The notes: a model not told the origin generated them from the letters alone. A stretch of DNA of 64,000 bases from an uncultured Acidobacteriaceae bacterium (GCA_963791735.1 CAWBTR010000009.1:51765-115764), one strand, 5' to 3'; counted from the stretch's first letter, positions 28,535 to 38,362 are shown. Made by a program: numbers and translations.

Positions 28535-29230
28535 ATGATGTCTTCTTCAAACGCTCCTCACGAGCGGAGATTCATCTCAGACGCCGGGATCCATTTGCTC
28601 ATAAAGCGACTGAAACGGCTCGCAGACAATTCCCTGCACGACAATCTATCTTTGCTATCTAGTGCTCCGGCGCGGATCGTTTCCGCCCTCTACTACCCCA
28701 GGATATTCGGTAGCTTTGGACGCCGTAGTCTAATGCTGCGCCCCCTTCTGCTTCAAAACCCGCAATTCATACATATCGGATCCGGCGTTTTAATTCGTGA
28801 TGGTATCAGGATGCAATCTCTCCAGACCAACCCAAGCAGAATTCCTCAACTACGCATCGGCGATGGCACGAGCATCGAACAGTTCGTTCACATTATCTGT
28901 CATAATCGAGTCATTATCGGGTCAAACGTCGCCATTGCTCCTATGTGCGGAATCGTAGATGCGACCCACCCCTGGACGGTGTCTCCGGAAGTCGCAAATC
29001 CAGGAGCACAAATTATTGACGACGACGCCTTCGTTGAGATTGGAGACGGAACTTTTGTCGGGATGTGTACTGTGATTCTGCCAAACGTCCGTATCGGTAA
29101 ACAGTGCTACATAGGAGCAAATTCTGTCGTAACTTCCGATATCCCAGACTATTCGGTAGCCGCTGGCGTCCCAGCAAGGGTAATCCGCACACACGCTGCC
29201 TTATCGACTCCTGAAAGCGAGATTTTATAG
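28535..29230 (+). CDS. Hexapeptide-repeat O-acetyltransferase, paralog of 21598..22257
   Basis: Shares FGSFG..., FIHIG, IGSNV, HP, FVEIGDG, LPNVRIGK and DIPDYSVAAG blocks with the other acetyltransferase (about half of residues identical by eye). Transcribed divergently from the flippase pseudogene. Confidence 0.8.
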   Translation: MMSSSNAPHERRFISDAGIHLLIKRLKRLADNSLHDNLSLLSSAPARIVSALYYPRIFGSFGRRSLMLRPLLLQNPQFIHIGSGVLIRDGIRMQSLQTNPSRIPQLRIGDGTSIEQFVHIICHNRVIIGSNVAIAPMCGIVDATHPWTVSPEVANPGAQIIDDDAFVEIGDGTFVGMCTVILPNVRIGKQCYIGANSVVTSDIPDYSVAAGVPARVIRTHAALSTPESEIL

Positions 29231-29370
29231 CTTCAAGCGTAGAGTCGCCCTGCCATAACGAGATCCTTGCAGTGCTCGGAAGAGCATGAATGACCCTTCA
29301 AAGTCGAGATTCGAACACCCCATGGATTGCCTTGCTGACCGGAATTTGGGTCCTGTGAGAACATAGTGTT

Positions 29371-30691
29371 GTGAGCCGATCTGAAGGAGCAGTAGGAATA
29401 CTCAGCGAAACCGAAAGAGACACGGGTCCGAATTCTGGCGTGCCGACAGAGGACGAGATTTCCCTGCTGGACCTATCCATCGTAATTGTCCGAAATCGAT
29501 GGCTTATTGTAAAGATTGCGTTTGTCGTGGCTCTGGTCGGCGTGATAATTTCACTCTTGCTGCCCCTCCGTTACACTGCCTCGACATCCATCCTGCCACC
29601 ACAGCAGGGCAGTTCTGCCGGTGCGGCCCTCATGGCGCAACTTGGGAATCTTGGCTCGGTCGCCTCACTGGCTAGCGGGAGCTTGGGATTGAAGAATCCC
29701 AATGATCTTCAGGTGGCTATGCTCAAGAGTCGGACGGTTGAAGACGCAATGCTGGATCGATTCCATCTGATTGATCTCTACAAGAGCAAGCACCGGTCTG
29801 ACGCCCGAAAGAAGTTCGAGAGCTTCGTAGATATCGACAACGGTTCCAAAGATGGACTGATCCGTATCTCCATCACCGATGGAGACCCTCGTCGCGCAGC
29901 GGACATGGCCAACGGATACGTCCAGGAGTTCAAAAGGTTTTCTGCTACCCTCGCGGTCACCGAGGCGTCTCAGCGTCGACTCTTCTTTGAGCAACAACTA
30001 AGCCAGGCTAAGGACAACCTGGCGCGTGCCGAAGAAGAGCTGAAAAAAACCGAGCTAAAAACTGGCCTGATTCAGTTGGACAGTCAGGCACGTGCGACTA
30101 TCGAATTGATTGCTGACCTACGGGCCCAAATCGCCGCTAAGGAAGTTCAGATCAGCAGCATGCGCTCCTTCGCGACGGGCGAGAACCCCGATCTGCAGTT
30201 GGCCGAACAGGAATTGGCGGGTCTGAAATCACAAGAGGAGAAGATGGGGGCGGCCTCCGAAGATGCCTCGAATGCACTCCTCCCAAAAGGAAACATGCAG
30301 GAAGCAGGTCTCGAATATATCCAGAGATTACGCGACGTCAAGTACTTTGAAACCATCTTCGATCTTTTGGCACGGCAGTATGAAGTTGCTAAAGTAGATG
30401 AAGCGAGGCAGGGCGCGACAGTTCAGGTCGTCGACCTGGCAATTGTCCCGGATCGGCGGTCGTCACCTCAGCGAACCCTCATTGTGCTTGTGCGCCTTCG
30501 TTCTCGGCCTATTCCTTGGCGTTGCTTGGGCCTTCACCAAAGAGGGCTTGACTCGGCTCTCAGACGACCCTGCTATGCAGCCGCGGTTGGAAACCTTGAA
30601 AAGACTGATCTCCCCCGAAAAGCGAGTGCCATCCAATGACTCCGCCGATGGCTCACGCCAAAAGGGGCATGAAGCACGCCTTCGAAGCTAA
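29371..30691 (+). CDS. Wzz/GumC-like polysaccharide chain-length determinant (no kinase domain); apparent 1-nt frame disruption near 30480-30500
   Basis: GTG start. TM1 is IAFVVALVGVIISLLLPLRYTASTSILPPQ, followed by a long coiled-coil region. ORF 29371..30639 ends in Arg-rich nonsense. The expected TM2, CAFVLGLFLGVAWAFTKEG, is in the next frame (ORF 30398..30691). 29371..30691 is 1321 nt (3n+1). Confidence 0.7.
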
Positions 30692-30899
30692 TTTTGGGTT
30701 CAGTTCACGACTGCCATCAGATTACATGGGCGACCCATACCAAGATTTGAAGGGGGCGATCTGTTCACAAACACCTGAACAAGCAAGGGGCCCTGTTCGA
30801 CCTGTCGTAGACCCTGACGAGACAAACTCTTACGGCCATCAAAATGTCGACTCTCACCCATCAGGCGCTAGTCGGCAATAGAGCCTCACAAGGAAATTC

Positions 30900-33689
30900 C
30901 TAGAACACAGTATTACCAGCCGCTATTGCGATCCCCAACTGACCCACGATCTGCGCTATGCTAACGATCGTTTTGAGAGTTTGGCCTTTCGTCAGGTTCA
31001 GGGGCACCACGACCGTATCGCCCGGATAGATATGTAACGAGTCAAAGTTGTTTCCGCGCAGCGAGGAACTGTATTGCTTGCTGAGAACGGAGCCGCTTGC
31101 CCTGATGACGTAGGATCGACTAGTATCGGCGTCGCGATTGGCTCCGCCAGCCAAGCGGATATAACTTCCCACACGTCGAGTCGGATCGAATACAAATGAG
31201 TTTTGATTGTAGACTGCTCCCTCGACGTTCACCGTAGATGGTACTCGAGGCACAATCAATCGGTCCCCATCTTCCAATGGTAGATCCGGAAGCTGCGATA
31301 CACTTTTCGCGTCGACCGGAAGCTCCAATACGATCCGGCCTGTCGCTCGAATTTGGCGCAAACTACTGATGACGTTTTGGTTCTGCTGCGCTGCGGCGGT
31401 CGCAGCGGCACTATCTGACACATTGAGCGAGCGACCGAAGCTATTGGTTGTGTTCGCGCTGATCTGGACGGTAATTTGGTCGATATATTCGTTCAAACGC
31501 TGCTGCTGTACGCGGCGCGTCGACTCTCGAGTAAACTCCGAGCCATATAGATAGGCATCCGCGGTAACGCCCCCAGCTCGCTCTACAAGGTGTCGCAAGG
31601 TCTCTCCTGGCAATACGCTGTAGACTCCCGAAGAAACAACCTCTCCTTCGAGTCGAACATATCTGGTCTGCTGCGCCTGAGGGACGCGAATATCCGCCTT
31701 CGAAAATATAGTGACCACGTCACCCGGCAGCAACTCAAGATTTTGCGAAGCGTCTCCCTCCAACACAAGCTTACCCAGATTGAATGGCAACAAGGACGTC
31801 GTCAGATTCTCCTTGCTTTGGCGCTCGATCACCGCGTAGTTCCAATCAATATCCGGCTCGCTCAACTTGACATCATTGCGCGGCTTGAACTGCCCAGCCG
31901 AGGAACTAGTGACGCTGATAGAACCCACACTGGCGCTTGTTGCACTCATTTGATTCAAGTTCCCGCCATTCTGTGGCACGCCATTTGTCAATAGGCCCGC
32001 ACCCGTAGTGGCAGAGTTTGATCCGGCTCCTGCGCCTGCGCCCGTTACGGGAGCTAAGGAAGGACTATAGCGATCATTAATCCCGCTAGCTGCAGTCTCC
32101 GATTGTGGGATTGGCCCGCAATCCAACCCCCCGTCTGTCAAACCATCGTTCGTCGGGTGCGAGCCAGCCTCATTATTTCCAAACGGCAGTCCTATCAGAT
32201 TCGGATTTCTCGTCGAGGAATACCTCCAGTTTGGATTTTCTCCCTCATCGCCGAACGGGATACCATAACGCAAGCCTGGAATGCCAAAGGGCGTCGCTGG
32301 AAGGCATGTAGGGATGTAAGTCAACAATGGCTGACCCAATTGGCTCCGTTTCAACCAATAATCGCGGGTGATGAGCGCATCCTTGTCAGGTAACAGATCG
32401 CGGATACGCATCCCCGGCTTCCATGTGTATCGCCCGGGATTCGCCACATTGCCGCGAAGCGTGACCGCGTCTTTAAATTGGCTGACGACGGCAACCAGTT
32501 CCAGCAGATCTCCGTCCCGTAATACCGTAGATCTTCCTTGCACATCAAGGGTGATCTGCGTCGTGCTGCGCATTCGGCGCTCGTCAACACGATCCAACCG
32601 AACCATCTGCCCTGACGCGACATTCGTCAACCCGGCGGCCAACTCCAGAACATCGCCAACCGTCGTGTCGTTTGCCGACTTCAACTCATAGATAGCGGGC
32701 ATATTCACGCTACCCGCCACCGCCACTTGCGGCCCCACCGGCGGAATGTAAATCACATCGCCCGGCAATAACTGCACATCCTTCGATTTATCACCGCGCT
32801 GCAGCAGGTCATATAAATCGAAGTCAACGACAACTTTGCCGGAGCGTTTCAACTGAATGTGCCGCAAGCTGCCCTGTGGAGTCGGCCCCCCCGTCACAAA
32901 GAGAGCATTGATCAGAGTGCTCAGGGAGCTGATCGTGTAGCTTCCCGGTCGCCGGGCCTGCCCCACCACAAACACCTGGATCGAACGCAACTGGCCCATA
33001 TTCACGTTCAGGTCAAAGTTACGAAACACCCTGCCCATCTGCGACTTCAAAAAGTCGTGCATCTGCGCAAACGACAGCCCCGCTACATGCACCGTGCCAA
33101 CCTGGGGAATGTAGATACTGCCCGATCGATCAACAGTAAAGCGGCCATCCAGCGTTAACTGGCCCCACACCTGCACGAGTAATTCGTCTCCGGGCCCAAT
33201 CACATAGTCCGGGGTCACTGGAACCAGATTCAGCGGCGCAAACGTACTCGGTGGATTGCGAAACAGGCTTGCTCCATAGATCGGCAGTGTCTTACCGATT
33301 GAATTGGCGATCATCAGTTGAAACTCAGTTGGCGGTTCCAACGGAAGACGGACCTGCTGGTTCAAATTCTGCTGTTGTTGTGTCCGGTTGCCATTCTGAG
33401 TATTAGTGGTTTCGTTCTGATTTTCAGGTTGCCCAGGCACGACAATCTGAGGATTCACCGGCTGCTGAGTAGTTTGCGAAGGATTGCGTATCTGAAGATT
33501 GTTTTGATTCCCAGTCTGGCACGTTGGATCGCTCGGGTTACACGATTGCTGCCCCTGCGTGCTAGCCTGACCAAATTGTTCGAATTGAGCGGATGACGCA
33601 AGTGTCCCGACCACGATGAACAGCAGCACATATCCAAACTTGCGAACTCTGGGGGAACTACCAAACTGCATCTGCTCTAATCCTCGCAA
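30900..33689 (-). CDS. Large Wza-family polysaccharide export protein with multiple SLBB domains
   Basis: IGPGDELLVQVWGQLTLDGRFTVDRSGSIYIPQVGTVHVAGLSFAQMHDFL (Poly_export motif), followed by repeated SLBB-like units (LLPGDVIYIPP, LLPGDVVTIFS, IYPGDTVVVPL). The start could instead be the ATG at 33671. Confidence 0.85.
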   Translation of the reverse strand: MRGLEQMQFGSSPRVRKFGYVLLFIVVGTLASSAQFEQFGQASTQGQQSCNPSDPTCQTGNQNNLQIRNPSQTTQQPVNPQIVVPGQPENQNETTNTQNGNRTQQQQNLNQQVRLPLEPPTEFQLMIANSIGKTLPIYGASLFRNPPSTFAPLNLVPVTPDYVIGPGDELLVQVWGQLTLDGRFTVDRSGSIYIPQVGTVHVAGLSFAQMHDFLKSQMGRVFRNFDLNVNMGQLRSIQVFVVGQARRPGSYTISSLSTLINALFVTGGPTPQGSLRHIQLKRSGKVVVDFDLYDLLQRGDKSKDVQLLPGDVIYIPPVGPQVAVAGSVNMPAIYELKSANDTTVGDVLELAAGLTNVASGQMVRLDRVDERRMRSTTQITLDVQGRSTVLRDGDLLELVAVVSQFKDAVTLRGNVANPGRYTWKPGMRIRDLLPDKDALITRDYWLKRSQLGQPLLTYIPTCLPATPFGIPGLRYGIPFGDEGENPNWRYSSTRNPNLIGLPFGNNEAGSHPTNDGLTDGGLDCGPIPQSETAASGINDRYSPSLAPVTGAGAGAGSNSATTGAGLLTNGVPQNGGNLNQMSATSASVGSISVTSSSAGQFKPRNDVKLSEPDIDWNYAVIERQSKENLTTSLLPFNLGKLVLEGDASQNLELLPGDVVTIFSKADIRVPQAQQTRYVRLEGEVVSSGVYSVLPGETLRHLVERAGGVTADAYLYGSEFTRESTRRVQQQRLNEYIDQITVQISANTTNSFGRSLNVSDSAAATAAAQQNQNVISSLRQIRATGRIVLELPVDAKSVSQLPDLPLEDGDRLIVPRVPSTVNVEGAVYNQNSFVFDPTRRVGSYIRLAGGANRDADTSRSYVIRASGSVLSKQYSSSLRGNNFDSLHIYPGDTVVVPLNLTKGQTLKTIVSIAQIVGQLGIAIAAGNTVF

Positions 33690-33901
33690 CCTTCTTTACC
33701 TTTGACCGTTCATTAAACAGAGCGATCCGCTGCAAAAAGGAACTGATACGCAATCCACGCCCGCCTGGCCGCCGAAATCATTTTGATATCGCTACATCCA
33801 GCATACCCGAATGCATTCCCGTATCGAAAGTGACATAGAGGATGCGGCTCCTATTCTTCCTGCTCATTGCGTGCGGGTGGGCGTCCGCGATCCAATGAAA
33901 T

Positions 33902-35344
33902 TCACGCCCTCTGCTGCCCGGTCTCCACCGCCTGTGCGACGCGCAGCATCGTAGCCTCATCGAAGTGCTTGCCCAACACCTGCACCCCGATCGGCAGCCC
34001 ATCCTTCGTCGTCCCGCACGGTACCGATACCCCGCAGATTCCTGCCAGGCTCGCTGCAACCGAGTAGATGTCCTCCAGGTACATCTTCACCGGATCATCC
34101 GTCTTCTCTCCCAGCTTGAACGCCGGCGTCGGCGTCACCGGCGCCACCAGCACATCCACCTCCGCGAACGCCGCCAGAAAATCCCGCGTCAGCAGCGTTC
34201 TCACCTGCTGCGCCTTGCGATAGTAAGCGTCGTAGTACCCTGCGCTCAGCGCATAGGTGCCCAGCAGAATCCGCCGCTTCACCTCAGCCCCAAAGCCCGC
34301 ATCCCGGGTCTTCCGGTACATCTCCGAGAGCGTCTTCGCCCCCTCCGCCCGGAACCCGAACCGCACCCCATCAAATCGCGAAAGGTTCGACGACGCCTCC
34401 GCCGTGGCAATCACGTAGTAGGTCGGGATCGCGTACTTTGTGTGCGGTAAACTGACCAGCTTTATCACGCATCCCACCATCTTCAAACCAGCAATTACAC
34501 CATCAATTGCACCACGAATCTCCGGGTCCAACCCCTCGCCAAAGTACTCCTCCGGCACACCGATCCGTAGTCCTTCCACCGGCTTCGCCAACCCGCCGAC
34601 ATAGTCGTCCACCGGACGATCCGACGAAGTTGCATCCATAACATCTTTGCCGGCAATCACTTGCAGCACAGTCGCGGCGTCCTTCACGTTCTTCGTCAAG
34701 GGCCCTACCCGGTCCAGCGAAGACGCAAATGCGATCAATCCATACCGGCTTACCCGCCCATATGTCGGCAGCACGCCAACCACACCACAAAAAGCCGCCG
34801 GCTGCCGAATCGACCCTCCAGTATCGGTTCCCAGCGTCGCCACTGCAAAATTTGCCGCCACCGCAGCCGCCGACCCACCGCTCGACCCGCCCGGAACGCG
34901 GTCCAAAGCCCTTGGATTCAACACCGGACCATACGCCGAGTTCTCATTGGACGAGCCCATCGCAAACTCGTCGCAGTTCAACTTCCCCAACAGAACCGCC
35001 CCCGCCGCCTCCAGCCTGGCTACTGCCGTGGCGTCGTAAGGAGGCCGATAACCTTTCAGAATCAACGACCCAGCCGTGGCAGGGGCACCTTGCATGACCA
35101 GCACATCCTTGATCCCCATTGGAACCCCAGCCAGTATCGGCAAAGCCTCAGCATTCGCTGCCATCTCGTCAATCTTCGCTGCCTGAGCCATCGCCCGCTC
35201 GCGGCTGAGCGCCAGAAAACTATTGATTTCGGCATCCCGAGAACCAATCCGCGCATAATGCGCCTCCGCCAAAGCCGTAGCGGTCGGTTCGCCAGCGGCC
35301 ACCGCCGCCCGCGCCCCATCAATTGTCAAACTCTCTAACTCCAT
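33902..35344 (-). CDS. gatA: Glutamyl-tRNA(Gln)/aspartyl-tRNA(Asn) amidotransferase subunit A
   Basis: Amidase signature GGSSGGSAAAVA, plus FLALSRERAMAQAAKID and GVPMGIKD. Start moved to ATG 35344 (MELESLTIDG) within ORF 33902..35425. Confidence 0.95.
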   Translation of the reverse strand: MELESLTIDGARAAVAAGEPTATALAEAHYARIGSRDAEINSFLALSRERAMAQAAKIDEMAANAEALPILAGVPMGIKDVLVMQGAPATAGSLILKGYRPPYDATAVARLEAAGAVLLGKLNCDEFAMGSSNENSAYGPVLNPRALDRVPGGSSGGSAAAVAANFAVATLGTDTGGSIRQPAAFCGVVGVLPTYGRVSRYGLIAFASSLDRVGPLTKNVKDAATVLQVIAGKDVMDATSSDRPVDDYVGGLAKPVEGLRIGVPEEYFGEGLDPEIRGAIDGVIAGLKMVGCVIKLVSLPHTKYAIPTYYVIATAEASSNLSRFDGVRFGFRAEGAKTLSEMYRKTRDAGFGAEVKRRILLGTYALSAGYYDAYYRKAQQVRTLLTRDFLAAFAEVDVLVAPVTPTPAFKLGEKTDDPVKMYLEDIYSVAASLAGICGVSVPCGTTKDGLPIGVQVLGKHFDEATMLRVAQAVETGQQRA

Positions 35345-35414
35345 TGTCTTTACGCTCACTTGTTTCTGTATTGCAAACTCCGGTTCCGCTCTGTAGCAAT
35401 TGTCCCGCTTTGAA

Positions 35415-35741
35415 TTAGCGCTCAATCACCTTGGGAACCTTGAAGAATCGACCGTCGGTCTCCGGCGCCGCCGCCATCACCGTACTGCGATCCAGTGAAG
35501 GCCGCACCGCATCCGCCCGCAACGAGGTTCCCACGGTATCCGTAATGCCACCCAGCATCTCGCCCACCTGCGCCATCGGCGGAATTCCGGAGGTATTCAG
35601 CTCGTTCAATTGAGCGATATGCCCCAGAATGGCATTCAAATCCCGCCGCATCCGCGGTTCCTCTTCCGTGGTCAGCTCCAGATTCGCTAATTCTGCGACT
35701 CGCCGCACATCCTCAATCGTTACACCAACGTCTTCCTTCAT
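35415..35741 (-). CDS. gatC: Glutamyl-tRNA(Gln)/aspartyl-tRNA(Asn) amidotransferase subunit C
   Basis: VTIEDVRRVAELANLELTTEEEPRMRRDLNAILGHIAQLNELNTSGIPPMAQV is the canonical GatC pattern. It lies directly upstream of gatA. Confidence 0.9.
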   Translation of the reverse strand: MKEDVGVTIEDVRRVAELANLELTTEEEPRMRRDLNAILGHIAQLNELNTSGIPPMAQVGEMLGGITDTVGTSLRADAVRPSLDRSTVMAAAPETDGRFFKVPKVIER

Positions 35742-35750
35742 AGCCTGTCA

Positions 35751-36035
35751 CTACCTCTTCATCTCAAAGTGTATCTCGCTCACCCTCACTCCTGCGATCC
35801 GCGCCATCTCTCCGGCAAGCTGTCCACGCATACTCATCAACTGTCGCAACCACACCCTATTCTCGACCTGAATTCGCACTACGCCGTCGACATAGCCCAG
35901 GACGGTTCCTCGTTCGGCCATCGCTTTACCGCAGGCTACCGGCCAAGCCGCTGCGAGCCTGTCCTCATCGGGCAACGCGGCAAGGGTTCGTCCCAGAGAC
36001 CCTTTCAATAGATCCCGCATACCTTCCAACGACAT
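35751..36035 (-). CDS. DUF721 (DciA-like) domain protein
   Basis: 94 aa. LAAAWPVACGKAMAERGTVLGYVDGVVRIQVENRVWLRQLMSMRGQL fits the DUF721 pattern. Confidence 0.65.
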   Translation of the reverse strand: MSLEGMRDLLKGSLGRTLAALPDEDRLAAAWPVACGKAMAERGTVLGYVDGVVRIQVENRVWLRQLMSMRGQLAGEMARIAGVRVSEIHFEMKR

Positions 36036-36175
36036 CAGCGGTACTCCGGCAAATGGATTGGCAGTAATTGCACAGCGTCAGAACAGCAAAGCGAAACGGT
36101 GCCCAATCTCAGGGTCAGTGCAGGCAGAGGACGACTCACGCTCTGATCTTGTCCTTCATGAAAATCTGCTTAGAA

Positions 36176-36961
36176 TTAGAATGCGCCGTCCTGATTCACT
36201 ACGGACGCAAACGTTTTCAGCAAAATCACGCAGTCTTTGGTCAGCGACCAGTGCTCCACATACTCGCAGTCCAGAGCGACCCGCGCATCGTAACTCAGCT
36301 CACTACGCCCGGAGACCTGCCAGAGTCCCGTCAACCCCGGCTTCACCCTGCAATAACAGTCGAAGCAGTCGCCGTATTTCTCTACCTCTGCCGCCACAAT
36401 CGGTCGCGGTCCAACCAGACTCATTTGACCCATCAACACATTCCAAAGCTGGGGCAACTCATCCAGGCTGTATCGCCGCAGAAACCCGCCGAGAGGCGTG
36501 ATCCGCGGGTCCCTCCTCAGCTTATGAGTTTCATTCCACTCCGCGTGCGCCTCGGGGTGTCGTGCCAGATAGTCTTCCAGCACCTCTGCCGAATTGACGC
36601 ACATCGTGCGGAACTTCCACATGGAGAAGAACGCGCCGCCCTTGCGGATCCGCCGGTGCGAATAGAAGATCGGGCCGGGCGAGCTCAGCATCACCACGGC
36701 TGACACCGCTCCCAATGCCAGCAAGATCACGGGCATTGAAGTCAGGACCAAAAAAACATCGCAACAACGCTTAAGCACTCTGTAACGAAAAAACTCTGAC
36801 GGAGCACTCTTGGCCCGCTGGGCTCTTCCCAGCGCGCTGCCTGCTAACTCCGTGTACGAATAAGAACCTTCGATAGCCGCTGTCCGCGACTCGGGAGATT
36901 GATATTCAGCCTGCATTCGAATCCTGTATCTGTGCGACTCGTACGCGTGCATATTCTGCAT
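36176..36961 (-). CDS. Polyprenyl-phosphate sugar-phosphate transferase (bacterial sugar transferase, EpsL/WbaP C-terminal type)
   Basis: LKRCCDVFLVLTSMPVILL (TM), SPGPIFYSHRRIRKGGAFFSMWKFRTM, DPRITPLGGFLRRYSLDELPQLWNVLMGQMSLVGPRP, PGLTGLWQVSGRS. Confidence 0.9.
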   Translation of the reverse strand: MQNMHAYESHRYRIRMQAEYQSPESRTAAIEGSYSYTELAGSALGRAQRAKSAPSEFFRYRVLKRCCDVFLVLTSMPVILLALGAVSAVVMLSSPGPIFYSHRRIRKGGAFFSMWKFRTMCVNSAEVLEDYLARHPEAHAEWNETHKLRRDPRITPLGGFLRRYSLDELPQLWNVLMGQMSLVGPRPIVAAEVEKYGDCFDCYCRVKPGLTGLWQVSGRSELSYDARVALDCEYVEHWSLTKDCVILLKTFASVVNQDGAF

Positions 36962-37272
36962 CGCGTCGGTCGTACTGGTTACTCACGCATACACTTGTGC
37001 GGTTGAGAACTCTAACTCGCCTCCGCAGCCCAGTTGGGACACGTAAACGACCGCTCGTCTAACTTCCATTTACCTGTTCGTGCTGGATTGGCATCCAGTC
37101 TTTGTTTGTTGACCGTCTGGGAAATGTAGCGCATCTAACCAACTCCATCATTCTACTCGTCAACGCTTCAGCGGTTGAAGAATCATCCAAAAATTCGCTG
37201 TTTATTCGTCCCCTATTGGAATCAGAAGGCAATGTGCTTTCGTGCACAATCTTCGACCGTTAGACTAGTGTC

Positions 37273-37845
37273 ATGCAAGTTCTGAAGACACCTTTAAGTG
37301 ACGTTAGACTCATTCAACCCCAACGTTTGGGAGATAATCGCGGCTGGTTCGCAGAAGTATTCAATCAGTCAACCTTTGCAGCCGCTGGCCTTCCCACGCA
37401 ATTCGTTCAGGATAACCAGTCCTTCTCCGTCAAGGGTGTGCTCCGCGGCCTGCATTACCAACTCGGCAAACCTCAGGGTAAACTCGTCCGCGTCCTCTCC
37501 GGACATATCTGGGACGTCGCCGTCGATCTCCGCCGCAACTCCCCCGACTTCGGTAAATGGGCCGGCTTCCACCTCAAAACCCAGACCGCCAGCGACGATC
37601 TCCAACTTCTCTGGATCCCCGAAGGCTTCGCCCACGGCTTCCTCGTCCTCTCCGACACCGCTGAAGTCCTCTACAAAACCACCAACCTTTACTATCCCGC
37701 TGGAGAGCGCTCCATCCTCTGGAACGACCCCACCCTCAACATTGCATGGCCCCTCGATGCACTCAATGGCACTCCTCCCTCGGTCAGTCCAAAAGACACC
37801 GTCGGCGCACTCTTCACAACCGCCGATCTCCCGCCAGCGAACTGA
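37273..37845 (+). CDS. rfbC: dTDP-4-dehydrorhamnose 3,5-epimerase
   Basis: GDNRGWFAEVF..., VQDNQSFSVKGVLRGLHYQ, GKLVRVLSGHIWDVAVDLR, IPEGFAHGF. Confidence 0.95.
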   Translation: MQVLKTPLSDVRLIQPQRLGDNRGWFAEVFNQSTFAAAGLPTQFVQDNQSFSVKGVLRGLHYQLGKPQGKLVRVLSGHIWDVAVDLRRNSPDFGKWAGFHLKTQTASDDLQLLWIPEGFAHGFLVLSDTAEVLYKTTNLYYPAGERSILWNDPTLNIAWPLDALNGTPPSVSPKDTVGALFTTADLPPAN

Positions 37846-37912
37846 CTCTTAAACAAAAGACGAATCGCCGTAGTAACCTCACCCGCTTAAGAGCAAAGAA
37901 ACGGAGGACCTC

Positions 37913-38356
37913 ATGACAAGCCTTGAAGTGATGTCCCTTGCAGGTCTGCTCTCCGGCGTTCTTGACCTTACCGCAACCTCAACCTTGATCTGGACGCAAG
38001 GCATACCCTTCGAGCGGCTCCTGCAGAGGATCGCCAGCGGCGCATTCGGCCCCTCTGCATTCCAAGGAGGAAAGAAAACCGCAACCTTGCCTGTTCTTCC
38101 ACTTCTTGATCGCCTTCACCGCCGCCTTCATCTACTACGCAAGCAGCCGCAAGCTAGCGATCCTCATCGATCATCCACTGCTCAGCGGTGTCCTATACGG
38201 CGCCGCGGTTCATTTGCTGATGAATCGAATTGTGATCCCACTCTCCGCCGCAGCTAAACAATTTTCCTTTTCCGCCAAAGCTTAACCCAGCTAGTCATTC
38301 ACATGTTCTGCGTCGGCCTACCGATCGCACTCGTCGTCAGCTATCTCTCGCGATAA
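37913..38356 (+). pseudogene. Small polytopic membrane protein with two compensating frame changes
   Basis: Frame A (ORF 37913..38257) is protein-like up to ...AFQGGKKTATL and then turns Arg-rich. The next frame reads LFFHFLIAFTAAFIYYASSRKLAILIDHPLLSGVLYGAAVHLLMNRIVIPLSAAAKQFSFSAKA (stop 38283-38285). Frame A resumes as ...LTQLVIHMFCVGLPIALVVSYLSR (stop 38354-38356). Total length is 444 nt (3n). Confidence 0.4.
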
Positions 38357-38362
38357 TGGGTC

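Noticed and set aside
15300-30900. Mobile-element boundaries (integrase, transposase, tRNA, long direct repeats) for the lower-GC cassette
   Set aside because: I could not find any transposase- or integrase-like ORF, any tRNA-like sequence, or flanking direct repeats. The cassette is better explained by homologous replacement than by a mobile element.
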